DNA of 64,000 nt from an uncultured delta proteobacterium (lineage in GTDB: Bacteria > Myxococcota > Myxococcia > Myxococcales > Myxococcaceae), in assembly GCA_963796055.1 (NCBI GenBank), contig CAWCKH010000004.1, positions 1,056,001 to 1,120,000 on the forward strand, written 5' to 3'. The position numbers were made by a program, and so were the translations under genes. Below are positions 1 to 10,409 of this stretch, piece after piece (position 1 is the first letter of the stretch; every line of letters begins with the position of its first letter). The notes beneath the pieces were generated by a model. That model saw nothing but the letters and a program-made list of their open reading frames with translations, was not told the DNA's origin and searched no databases.

Positions 1-2
1 CC

Positions 3-470
3 ATCCTCCTGAGCGCGCTCATGTTCGGCTTCGGTCACCGGGGAAATCCGGGCGCGAGCTGGGCGAGCAGCGTGGCGATCGCCGTCGAGGCCGGGGCGCT
101 GCTCGCCGCCGCCTACGTCGCCACCCGCTCGCTGTGGGTGCCCATCGGGCTGCACTGGGCCTGGAACCTCTTCGAGGGGCCGGTGTGGGGCGCGCGCGTG
201 TCGGGCAACGACCTCGGCGTCCTCGCCCAGGCGACGTTCCCCGGTCCGACCCTGCTGACCGGTGGAGCGTTCGGGCCGGAGGCCGGGCTTCCGGCGATGG
301 TGCTCGGGACAGCGCTGGCGGTGGGGTTCCTCGTCGTCGCCATCCGCCGTGAGCAGATCGTCACCCCGGGCTGGATGCGCTGGATCGCCCGCCGCCTGCA
401 TCGCGACCAGGGTGCGACCTCCGGTCCGGCGCCGGAGCCGGCGGCCGTCGTGCCACCCTCGGCGGTGTGA
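3..470 (+). CDS. CPBP/CAAX-family intramembrane metalloprotease (5' partial)
   Basis: FGFGH and EAG...TRSLWVPIGLHWAWN motifs; frame open to the window start. Confidence 0.85.
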   Translation: MLLSALMFGFGHRGNPGASWASSVAIAVEAGALLAAAYVATRSLWVPIGLHWAWNLFEGPVWGARVSGNDLGVLAQATFPGPTLLTGGAFGPEAGLPAMVLGTALAVGFLVVAIRREQIVTPGWMRWIARRLHRDQGATSGPAPEPAAVVPPSAV

Positions 471-498
471 GCGCCAGTCTGACGGCTGGAGCGGCGTT

Positions 499-1623
499 TT
501 AGCTGGCCTCGCCCACGAAGCGCGCCACCGCTTTCCAGACCGCCTCGAAGTGCTCGCGATCGAATCCGGTCCCGGACGCGACCCAGTCGAAGTGCGGGGG
601 GACGTGGCGTGGCCGGTGGAAGTGCCCGAGCACGTCGTGGTGGTCCGCCCAGACCGCCGAGACGAGCTGACCGCGCACCTGGCTGAGGGTGGGAACGATG
701 CCGTCGTTGGCCCGGTGGTCGGGGATGCTCCCGTACGCGCGACGGAGGAACTTCCGGTGCTCCGGCGAGAGCCGGCGAGGTGGGTCGTCGGGTCGTCCGC
801 GGGCCAGCCGGTACAGGACCACGTAGAGGGCGTGTGTCGTCTGCGCGTACCCGCTCAGCCCGGCGCGAGTGAGCGACCGGATGCCCGGTGGACGCGACCG
901 GGTCACCACCTCGCCATACTGCACGCCCGGCCGATCCGTGGTGGTGGCGTTGAAGAGCTCCATGGTGCGCGGGGCGAGCTGCGGCACCAGCCCCTGGTCG
1001 CTGTGGACGCTGGAGAAGAACTCCTCGATGGCCCGGCGGCGCTTGCCGGCGAAGTCGGAGAGCAGCTGGAGGAACAGCTGGTCCACCACTCCGGTCGGGG
1101 CGGCGTCCTTCCGGCGGAGCAGCCGCGCCAGCCGCAGCGCCACGCCCACGGGAAGCCGGCCAGTGCGGAGCGAGTACACCGTGGCCAGCGAGAGCAGCTT
1201 CAACAGCTGGCTCCCGAACAGCGAGGTGAAGTGCTGGGCGAGCGGCGTTCCGTGATGTGGCGCGGAGACCCCCACCACGGCACAGACCGCCGCCGAGCAC
1301 CGTCCGACGTCCACGGTGGTGGGGAGGACGGATCCAGGGCTGAGCATCAGCCGGGCGTCGAGCGCCCCGGTGGAGTGGCCGACGATGCTCACCACGCCGC
1401 CGCGTTGCTCGAGCAGACGGTGGATCGACTCGGCGAGGAGCGCGGCCCGGCGGGGGAGCGACGACGAGGGCTCGGTGAGCACCACGCGGATCTCCCCGTC
1501 GATCCCGGCCGGGGGGCCAACCTCGGCGAGAAGCTCGCGCACGTGCCCGAAGTAGGCGAAGTCGCCCAGGTTGGCGAAGCCGAAGAAGCCCGGGACGAGA
1601 ACGACGTGGTGAGGTCCGGCCAA
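499..1623 (-). CDS. Alpha/beta hydrolase, lipase-like
   Basis: LVPGFFGF oxyanion region, GHSTG nucleophile elbow, NDGIV and DHHD late motifs; TTG start. Confidence 0.8.
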   Translation of the reverse strand: MAGPHHVVLVPGFFGFANLGDFAYFGHVRELLAEVGPPAGIDGEIRVVLTEPSSSLPRRAALLAESIHRLLEQRGGVVSIVGHSTGALDARLMLSPGSVLPTTVDVGRCSAAVCAVVGVSAPHHGTPLAQHFTSLFGSQLLKLLSLATVYSLRTGRLPVGVALRLARLLRRKDAAPTGVVDQLFLQLLSDFAGKRRRAIEEFFSSVHSDQGLVPQLAPRTMELFNATTTDRPGVQYGEVVTRSRPPGIRSLTRAGLSGYAQTTHALYVVLYRLARGRPDDPPRRLSPEHRKFLRRAYGSIPDHRANDGIVPTLSQVRGQLVSAVWADHHDVLGHFHRPRHVPPHFDWVASGTGFDREHFEAVWKAVARFVGEAS

Positions 1624-1671
1624 CCTGGGACGGACCTTAGCGAGCCCCGCGGGTGGGATTCACGCCTCGAG

Positions 1672-1896
1672 TCAGTCCAGCGTGGCGCCGGGGGCCAGCA
1701 CCGTGTGGGCCAGCCCGGCCGCCCGGGCCGCCTTCACGAAGCTGCCAATCGGATCCGGGACTTCCGCGTAGCCCGTCCCGGCGTTGCCGTAGTGGATGGG
1801 AACGACCCGGCGGGCGCCGAGGGCCTGGGCAACCTCCACCGCTTGCTCGGGGGTGAGCGACATCGGCGCGGGCACCCGGGTGAAGGTGTCTGGCAC
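1672..1896 (-). pseudogene. C-terminal remnant of an MBL-fold metallo-hydrolase
   Basis: LTPEQAVEVAQALGARRVVPIHYG resembles the C-terminus of UlaG/UPF0173-type MBL hydrolases; no HxHxDH part upstream. Confidence 0.65.
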
Positions 1897-1919
1897 CCCG
1901 TCGGTGGCACCCCATCGGT
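1884..1919. repeat. REP-like 17-mer AGGTGTCTGGCACCCCG plus 14-bp tandem duplication (copy 1)
   Basis: Identical 17-mer at 24158-24174; ggcacccc(g/a)tcggt occurs twice. Confidence 0.65.
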
Positions 1920-1953
1920 GCCGGTGCCGGGGCCTCTGCGCGGACGCGGGATT

Positions 1954-2802
1954 TCAGCGGCCCGTCGTCGACCCCGATCCTGTCGAGCCCGTCCCGGTCG
2001 TTCCGGTTCCGGTGCTCCCCGTCGTCCCGGTCCCCGTCCCTGTCGTGTCGGTACCGGTGCCGGTTCCAGTCGAACCGGTGCCGGGGACGCGGTACGTCCC
2101 GGTCGGGTCGGTCGAGCCCGGCATCGGCACGCGGTACGTGCCAGTCGTGCCAGCTCCGCCGGTCCCCGTCGTTCCCGAAGTGCCGGTCCCCGTCGTTCCC
2201 GAAGTGCCAGTCCCCGTCGTTCCCGAGGTGCCGGTCCCTGTCGTTCCCGAGGTGCCGGTACCGGTTCCCCCGGCTCCGGCACTGTCCGTGCTCCCGGTGC
2301 CGGCTGTCCCCGACGTCGACGAGGTCCCGCTGCTGCTCCCGGTCGTGCTGGACTGGCCGATGCCCGTTCCGGTGCTCGGCGCTCCCAGGCCCGTGTTCGG
2401 GTTCACGGCGGCCGAGCCGCCCGTGTTCGGGGCCGGCGAGGGCGAGTTGAGCGTCCCATCGCTCCCGGTCGTCGTTCCCGCGCCACCGGTGCCCGAGTAC
2501 GCGCCGGTGCTGTCACGCGCCGTTCCCGTACCCGGTCCCAGTGCCCCGGTCGACCTCGTCCCGGCCGCGCTCCCGGAGCCGGTATCGGGCGAGGTCGTGC
2601 CCGCGGTTCCGGTGCCCATCGGAGCCCCGGCGTTTCCGCCCACCGGTCCTGAGCTCCCGAGCCCCCCTGCTCCGGCGCCCGCCGCTCCGGCCCCCGTGCT
2701 CCCCCCACCACCGGACGACTGGGCCACCGCCGTCACCGGCCAGAGCGTCGCCACGCCCGCGAGAAGGCCCGTTCCCACCCACCACCGTGCCGTTCGTTTC
2801 AT
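1954..2802 (-). CDS. Exported Gly/Thr/Ser-rich low-complexity protein
   Basis: Signal peptide ending AVA-Q; TGTSGTTG repeats. Confidence 0.75.
   Translation of the reverse strand: MKRTARWWVGTGLLAGVATLWPVTAVAQSSGGGGSTGAGAAGAGAGGLGSSGPVGGNAGAPMGTGTAGTTSPDTGSGSAAGTRSTGALGPGTGTARDSTGAYSGTGGAGTTTGSDGTLNSPSPAPNTGGSAAVNPNTGLGAPSTGTGIGQSSTTGSSSGTSSTSGTAGTGSTDSAGAGGTGTGTSGTTGTGTSGTTGTGTSGTTGTGTSGTTGTGGAGTTGTYRVPMPGSTDPTGTYRVPGTGSTGTGTGTDTTGTGTGTTGSTGTGTTGTGSTGSGSTTGR
2159..2254. repeat. 24-bp coding tandem repeat x4
   Basis: ccrgtcccygtcgttcccgargtg occurs four times, encoding TSGTTGTG. Confidence 0.9.
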
Positions 2803-2920
2803 GACCCTCGCCTGCTCCCCCCGTCCATCGATTCAGACCGAAAGGTAGGGCCGCACCCGGGGGGCGGGGACCCCGCCGGCGTTCCGCGCACGCTCGCTCG
2901 CCCGTGCTAAGCCCCACGGG

Positions 2921-4438
2921 GTGGCCGCAGGAAACAGACCCATCCGAAAAATCCTGATCGCCAACCGAGGGGAGATCGCCGTCCGGGTCATCCGCTCCTG
3001 CCGGGAGCTCGGCATCCCCACCGTCGCGGTCTATTCGGACGCGGACCGCGTCGCGCTCCATGTCCGGATGGCGGACGAGGCGTTCCGCGTGGGCCCGCCG
3101 CCCTCGCGCGAGTCCTACCTCTCGTTCGAGCGCATCCTCGACGCGGCGAAGGCCTCCGGCGCCGATGCCGTCCACCCCGGGTACGGCTTCCTCAGCGAGA
3201 ACGCCGGGTTCGTCCGGGCCTGCGAGGCGGTAGGCATCGTCTTCATCGGCCCGCCCGCATCGGCGATGGACGCGATGGGCGAGAAGACCCGGGCGCGGGC
3301 CAACATGGAGAAGGCCGGCGTGCCGGTGGTTCCGGGCAGCACCGCGCCCTTTCCCTCGCTGACCGAGGCCCGCGCCTACGCCGAGAAGATCGGCTTCCCG
3401 GTGATGCTCAAGGCCGCCGGGGGAGGAGGCGGCAAGGGCATGCGGCGGGTCGAGCGCGCGGCCGACTTCAACCCCGCGTGGCGTGCCGCACAGAGCGAGG
3501 CGCTCAACGCCTTCGGGAACGACGCGGTCTACCTCGAGAAGTACCTCGAGGAGCCGCACCACGTGGAGATCCAGGTCTTCGCCGACCAGGCGGGGAACAC
3601 GGTTCACCTGAACGAGCGCGAGTGCTCGGCGCAGCGGCGGCACCAGAAGGTGATCGAGGAGACGCCCTCACCCATCCTCGGCCCCGAGATGCGCGCGGCG
3701 ATGGGCGAGGTGGCGGTCCGCGCGGCCAGGGCGGTGGGCTACGTCGGCGCGGGCACGGTGGAGTTCCTCGTCGACCGGCACCGCAACTTCTACTTCCTGG
3801 AGATGAACACCCGGCTGCAGGTGGAGCACCCGGTCACCGAGTGGGTCACCGGCCTGGACCTGGTCGCCTGGCAGATCCGCGTCGCCCGCGGCGAGCCGCT
3901 GGGCTTCCGGACCGAGCCGCCGCGGGGGCACAGCATCGAGGTGCGCGTCTACGCCGAGGACCCGGCTCAGAACTTCATGCCCAGCCCCGGACGTATCACC
4001 TATCTGCGCATCCCTTCCGGGCCGAACGTCCGGGACGACTCGGGCGTGTACCCGGGCTACACGGTGCCCACCGTCTACGACCCGATGATCTCAAAGCTCT
4101 CGGTCTGGGCGCCGTCCCGGCCCGAGGCCATCGCGCGGATGCGACGCGCTCTCTCCGAGTACGTGGTGAAGGGCATCACCACCAACATCCGTTACCTGCG
4201 GGCGATTCTCGCCCACCCCGACTTCGTGAGTGGCAACTACGACACCGGGTTCCTGCCCCGGGCCCACTCCGCGCTGCTCGGACGGCACGACCATGCGCTG
4301 GAGGAGGTGGCGCTGCTCGCGGGGGTGGTCGATGCCTACCAGCGCGACGCGCGGCGGCAGCGGAGTCTCGCCCCGGCCGCCGGGCGGAGCGCGGGACCCT
4401 CGCCCTGGCGGTCGCGCGCCCGGGGGAGCCGCCGATGA
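2921..4438 (+). CDS. accC: Biotin carboxylase subunit of acetyl/propionyl-CoA carboxylase
   Basis: ILIANRGEIA, HPGYGFLSEN, GGGGKGMR and EMNTRLQVEH motifs. Confidence 0.95.
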   Translation: MAAGNRPIRKILIANRGEIAVRVIRSCRELGIPTVAVYSDADRVALHVRMADEAFRVGPPPSRESYLSFERILDAAKASGADAVHPGYGFLSENAGFVRACEAVGIVFIGPPASAMDAMGEKTRARANMEKAGVPVVPGSTAPFPSLTEARAYAEKIGFPVMLKAAGGGGGKGMRRVERAADFNPAWRAAQSEALNAFGNDAVYLEKYLEEPHHVEIQVFADQAGNTVHLNERECSAQRRHQKVIEETPSPILGPEMRAAMGEVAVRAARAVGYVGAGTVEFLVDRHRNFYFLEMNTRLQVEHPVTEWVTGLDLVAWQIRVARGEPLGFRTEPPRGHSIEVRVYAEDPAQNFMPSPGRITYLRIPSGPNVRDDSGVYPGYTVPTVYDPMISKLSVWAPSRPEAIARMRRALSEYVVKGITTNIRYLRAILAHPDFVSGNYDTGFLPRAHSALLGRHDHALEEVALLAGVVDAYQRDARRQRSLAPAAGRSAGPSPWRSRARGSRR

Positions 4439-4956
4439 GTGTGTCCAAGCGCTACCTCACCCGGGTGCGCGGCGCGCGAGAGTCGGTTCCGGTGGACATC
4501 GAGGACCTCGGCGACGGCACGTACGTCCTCAAGGTGCGCGGGACCAGCCACACCGTGGACGCCCGGGTGCTCGAGCACGGCGCGGTCTCGCTCCTGGTGG
4601 ACGGACGATCGTACGACGCCGAGCTCGACGAGTCGGGGGACGAGGTCCTGGTCCTGGTCGGCTTCGAGCTGCTCACCGTGGACGTGGCCGACGAGCGGAC
4701 GGTTCGCTTGCGCGCCGGCGCCGCCGGGTTCAGCGTGAGCGGGAAGGTTCTCATCACCGCGCCCATGCCGGGCAAGGTGGTGCGGGTGCTGGTGGCTCCC
4801 GGGGTCGAGGTCACCGAGGGCGAGGGGGTGGTGGTGGTCGAGGCGATGAAGATGGAGAACGAGCTGAAGAGCCCCAAGGCGGGCACCGTGGTCGAAGTCT
4901 TCGCGAAGGAGGGCAGCACGGTGGAAGCCAACGCCAAGCTGCTCACCGTGGAGTAG
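4435..4956 (+). CDS. Biotin carboxyl carrier protein
   Basis: APMPGKV...EAMKMENE biotinylation motif; ATGA overlap with accC. Confidence 0.93.
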   Translation: MSVSKRYLTRVRGARESVPVDIEDLGDGTYVLKVRGTSHTVDARVLEHGAVSLLVDGRSYDAELDESGDEVLVLVGFELLTVDVADERTVRLRAGAAGFSVSGKVLITAPMPGKVVRVLVAPGVEVTEGEGVVVVEAMKMENELKSPKAGTVVEVFAKEGSTVEANAKLLTVE

Positions 4957-4959
4957 GTC

Positions 4960-6612
<1,653 letters not shown>

Positions 6613-6624
6613 CCGACCCACTCT

Positions 6625-6909
6625 TCACCGCAGCTGCCTCCCCAGAAAACAGTACAGGTTCAGCGCCACGAGGTTGAACGGGTCGAGCTCCAGCACCTCG
6701 AGGACTTCCTCGAACGCCTGGCGCGTCTTCCGGAGACGACAGAGGAGCTCCGCCAGCTGCAGGTGGAGCGTGGGCGAGCTCTGCCCGAGGGCCTCGGCGT
6801 CCTTCAGAGCATCCCGGAGGAACAGCTCCGCCTTCTCCGGGTCCTCGGAGCACAGGTTCTGCGCGGTCTGCACCTTCAGCAGGATCTCGTCCCTGGTCTG
6901 AGTCAGCAT
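6625..6909 (-). CDS. Small TPR-like protein
   Basis: Helical TPR pattern ...VLELDPFNLVA. Confidence 0.6.
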   Translation of the reverse strand: MLTQTRDEILLKVQTAQNLCSEDPEKAELFLRDALKDAEALGQSSPTLHLQLAELLCRLRKTRQAFEEVLEVLELDPFNLVALNLYCFLGRQLR

Positions 6910-6928
6910 CGTTCGCTCACCTAACCGC

Positions 6929-7537
6929 TCACGCCTCCGCCTTTCCGGTCACGCCGAACAGCGGCGCCTGCACCCCGGCCACCGCGGCCTCGGTCTCCGC
7001 CTGGGTGGCACGGGCCAGGTCTCCCTGCGCTCGGGCCACCCGGGCCAGGGCCTCGAAGCCCTCGCGGGCCGCCGGGAACAGCGTGGTCACGGCCTCGGCC
7101 AGCGCCCGCGCCCGCTCGAGCTGTCCGGTGGCGACCGCGAACCGCACCATGGTGAGGTGCGCCTCGAGGTCCGCCTCCCCTGCCTCGACCAGCACGGCGT
7201 AGAGGCGCGGGATGTCGGCATCGTCCGCGGCCCGGGCGGGATCGGCGAGCGCGGCACGCAGCCGTGCCGCCACGTCCTGGAACGCATGGCGCACCGGGAG
7301 CGCGAGCGGGTCGGCCCTCACTGCCTTCTTGAGCTCGTCGAATGCCATCTCCAGCTTTCCAGACCGGTCCAGCACGCCGGCCAGCATGTAGTGCACGTAG
7401 GCGGAGACGAAGCCGAGCCGCTGGGCCTCGGCGACCACCTCGCGAAACAGCGCCTCCGCCGCCTCCGCGCCTCCTCTGTCGTCCAGCGCCCTCCGGACCT
7501 TCCCGAGCAACGCCTCCAGCTGCGTTCCACTCACCAT
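6929..7537 (-). CDS. TPR-like protein
   Basis: TPR pattern ELKKAVRADP, TLFPAAREGF; start chosen at MVSGTQ. Confidence 0.7.
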   Translation of the reverse strand: MVSGTQLEALLGKVRRALDDRGGAEAAEALFREVVAEAQRLGFVSAYVHYMLAGVLDRSGKLEMAFDELKKAVRADPLALPVRHAFQDVAARLRAALADPARAADDADIPRLYAVLVEAGEADLEAHLTMVRFAVATGQLERARALAEAVTTLFPAAREGFEALARVARAQGDLARATQAETEAAVAGVQAPLFGVTGKAEA

Positions 7538-7948
7538 GTCCCAGCTCCCAGCTCGCTCCCGGGGAACCAGGGCGCGCGCACACGTGCCGCGCACGCGTGC
7601 CGAGGGAGGGCCCGCGCGGCGGATCTCCGGTTGAACGGTCGCGGCGACGGCGCGGTCCCCACGCGTACGCATCGAGCGCACGGGCCGGGTCCAGTTCGCC
7701 ACGTGACGTCACCCCGCCATGAGGGACGGGAGACGTCGCCTCACTTCGTCTTGTTCAGAGCCTCGTCGGCGTGCAGCTCGGGAGGCGCAATCATCGTGGC
7801 CTCCTTTCGAGCACAGGCAGCTCCGGGGCCGGGGAGCTTGCAGCGCGGCGTGATGCCAGAGCGCCTGCCCGTCTGTCAAACGGCTGCGGAAGTGCTCGGA
7901 ACGGCTCGCACTGTGCGAAGGTCGCCGGCTCCTCCGACGGGAGAACAG

Positions 7949-9757
7949 ATGGACGCCTCGCTCGCGGGCGACGACGGAACGAAGGTTCGATTCGCCTGGA
8001 TGCCCCGCCCGGGCACGCTTGGCTTCCACTTGATGCTCTCCGCGGTGGCGCTGCTCATCCTCGGCCCGCTCGGAGGCGTGGCCGGGGCCTACATGGCCTT
8101 CACCCTCGGCGTCTTCGTCCCCGGGCAGATCCTCGCTGGCATCCTCGGAAGCGTCATCACCTACCCATACGGCGCCGAGGGCCGTCACGGCGCCAACTAC
8201 ATGCAGACCATGGCCGCCTCCGTCGCCGCGCTCGGTGCGCTGGCGGTCCTCATCCAGGCGGCAGTGTGGCTGGGGATGAAGATGCCCCCGGCCTGGCAGC
8301 TGGTCCTATTCCTCACCTGCGTGGGGATGTTCGGTGTCGGGGTGGGGATGCTCTACACCCCCATCCTCGTCGACCGGATGAAGCTCGAGTACCCGTCGGG
8401 GCACGCGGTTGCCAACATCATCCGCGCGCTCACCGACCGCACCTTGCTCCAACGCTCGGTGAAGAGTCTCGCCTCCGGCGCCGGACTCGGAGCGCTCGGT
8501 GGCTGGCTGATCGATCGCGTCTCGTGGATCGGCGCGAGCGGGCTGTCGATGTCGAACGTGGGTGCGGGGCTCATCGTCGGCTCGCGGATCGCGGTGCCCG
8601 CGTCGGTGCTGGGTCTCGTCGGGTGGCTGGTCACCCCCTGGCTTCGGGCGAACGGCTGGCTCGGAGCGAACGAGCCGTTCCGCCGCCTCGGCTTCCTGGT
8701 CGGCCTGGCTTCGATCATGGGCGCGGCGGTGGTCGACCTCACCCTCATCGGACGCCAGGCCATCGCCCGGGCCCGGGAGCAAGGTGCCGCGCGTCCAGAC
8801 AAAGACTCAGGGATGCGCGGCTTTCCAACCCGCATGCTCGTTCTGTGGGTCCTGTTCTGGGCGGGTGCAGTCGTCCTCGTCGCCACCGGACTCATGCACC
8901 AGCCGGCGCGCTACATCGTCTTCGCCCTCGCGCTGAGCGTCGTCTTCGTGCTGATCAACGGCATCTCGCAGGGGGTCAGCGATCAGAATCCCATCTCCAG
9001 CGCGTTCGTGGTGTCGGTGCTGCTGATGTCGGCGATGGGGCTCCGGAACCCGGTGGTGGCCATCACCGCAGCCACGGTGCTGCTCGTCTGCAGCTCGGTC
9101 GGCGTCGACATGCAGCAGGACCGCTCTACCGGGTGGCGACTGGGGACCGATCGCCGCATGCAGTTCTACTACCAGGTGCTCGGCATCGGCATGGGCGCGG
9201 TGCTCTGCGTGGTGCTGGCTCGCGTCTTCATGAGCGCCTATCCGGTGCTGGCGGTGAACAGCTTCGACCACCCCGAGGCAAAGGTGGGCCAGTGGCAGTC
9301 GGCGATGACCTACAAGCTGGTGGGCGCTATCCGCGGGCTCGGACAGCTCCCCCGATACCAGCTGGTGGCGCTCGAGCTCGGGTTCGTGCTCGGCCTGGTC
9401 ATCGAGGTGCTGCGGAAGGTCCTGAGGGCCAGCGCCCGCTACCGGGCCTTCATCGAGCGTCCCGGGCCCGGCCCCGCCATCGGCTGGGTCGCGGAGTCGG
9501 TTCTTCTCCCCAGCCCCTACGCGTACGCCTTCGGCACCTTCGTCGAGCTGCCGACGGCACTGTGGTTTGGAGCGGGCGGCATCGTTTCCTCGGTGTGGAA
9601 CACGCTGGGCCGGCGAACGGGCCCGGCCGACCGCGCCGCGACCGACGAGCTCCCGGCCGACATGTCGACCACCTCGCTGGTCGGAGGTGGGCTCATCGCC
9701 GGCGAGGCGCTCCTCTACCTGGCGATGGCGCTCATCGGCCTCGGCGCGCTTGTATAG
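7949..9757 (+). CDS. OPT/YSL family oligopeptide transporter
   Basis: NYMQTMAAS, LEYPSG, DMQQDRSTGW and GGLIAGE motifs; many TM segments; GGGAGA RBS. Confidence 0.88.
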   Translation: MDASLAGDDGTKVRFAWMPRPGTLGFHLMLSAVALLILGPLGGVAGAYMAFTLGVFVPGQILAGILGSVITYPYGAEGRHGANYMQTMAASVAALGALAVLIQAAVWLGMKMPPAWQLVLFLTCVGMFGVGVGMLYTPILVDRMKLEYPSGHAVANIIRALTDRTLLQRSVKSLASGAGLGALGGWLIDRVSWIGASGLSMSNVGAGLIVGSRIAVPASVLGLVGWLVTPWLRANGWLGANEPFRRLGFLVGLASIMGAAVVDLTLIGRQAIARAREQGAARPDKDSGMRGFPTRMLVLWVLFWAGAVVLVATGLMHQPARYIVFALALSVVFVLINGISQGVSDQNPISSAFVVSVLLMSAMGLRNPVVAITAATVLLVCSSVGVDMQQDRSTGWRLGTDRRMQFYYQVLGIGMGAVLCVVLARVFMSAYPVLAVNSFDHPEAKVGQWQSAMTYKLVGAIRGLGQLPRYQLVALELGFVLGLVIEVLRKVLRASARYRAFIERPGPGPAIGWVAESVLLPSPYAYAFGTFVELPTALWFGAGGIVSSVWNTLGRRTGPADRAATDELPADMSTTSLVGGGLIAGEALLYLAMALIGLGALV

Positions 9758-9939
9758 GTCAGGGCGGCCGCAGTCGAGGTCCAGGTCAGGGGTCCTCGGG
9801 CACTTATCGTCGGCGAGCTCAGGGCGGCCGCAGTCAGACCGTCAGGCGGCCGCAGTCGAGGTCCAGGTCAGGGGTCCTCGGGCACTTATCGTCGGCGAGC
9901 TCAGGGCGGCCGCAGTCAGACCGTCAGGCGGCCGCAGTC
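9758..9939 (+). repeat. Modular tandem repeat array (82-bp period, 5 cores GTCAGG(G)CGGCCGCAGTC)
   Basis: 9776-9857 is repeated at 9858-9939; the core is the reverse complement of the core at 61471-62003. Confidence 0.93.
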
Positions 9940-9969
9940 AGTGATGCCCTACAGGCTCCTGGAGCTCGC

Positions 9970-10338
9970 TCAGCGCGGGAGGAGCTTCGAGCGTGCCCAT
10001 CCGGCGAAGGCAGCCGCCGGCGCCATCAGGAGCGCCGCCGCGAGGTCCAGCCACCGCGGGTTGGATGCTGGCTCGAGCCAGGGGTGGGCCAGCGCCGCCA
10101 CGGCGATGAGCCCCGCCACGACCAGAGCGTGTGTCAGGGGCTTGCGGCCCGCCATGCTGGCCGCGGTCAGCCCTCCCAGCGCGGCGAAGACCACGCCGTA
10201 GGCGATCGCCCCGGCGAGGAATGCTGCCGTCGGCGTCGTCCCCGGGTGCTCGGCGGAGGCAGCGCGGGGCAGCAACGAGCCGATGACGAAGACCCCGAAG
10301 CCCACCGCAACGGCCACGATGCTGCGGATCCAGTCCAT
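9970..10338 (-). CDS. Small 4-TM membrane protein
   Basis: MDWIRSIVAVAVG start, four hydrophobic segments. Confidence 0.7.
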   Translation of the reverse strand: MDWIRSIVAVAVGFGVFVIGSLLPRAASAEHPGTTPTAAFLAGAIAYGVVFAALGGLTAASMAGRKPLTHALVVAGLIAVAALAHPWLEPASNPRWLDLAAALLMAPAAAFAGWARSKLLPR

Positions 10339-10409
10339 GCGCGGGCCCTTGTAGCTCGAAGCGACGGCCGGGACCGGAATAGAATCGCGGCGCGAGAGGG
10401 AGAGTCCCG

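Noticed and set aside
1796..2848. Val/Pro-rich ORF on the + strand
   Set aside because: Antisense mirror of the Gly/Thr-rich gene, which has a signal peptide.
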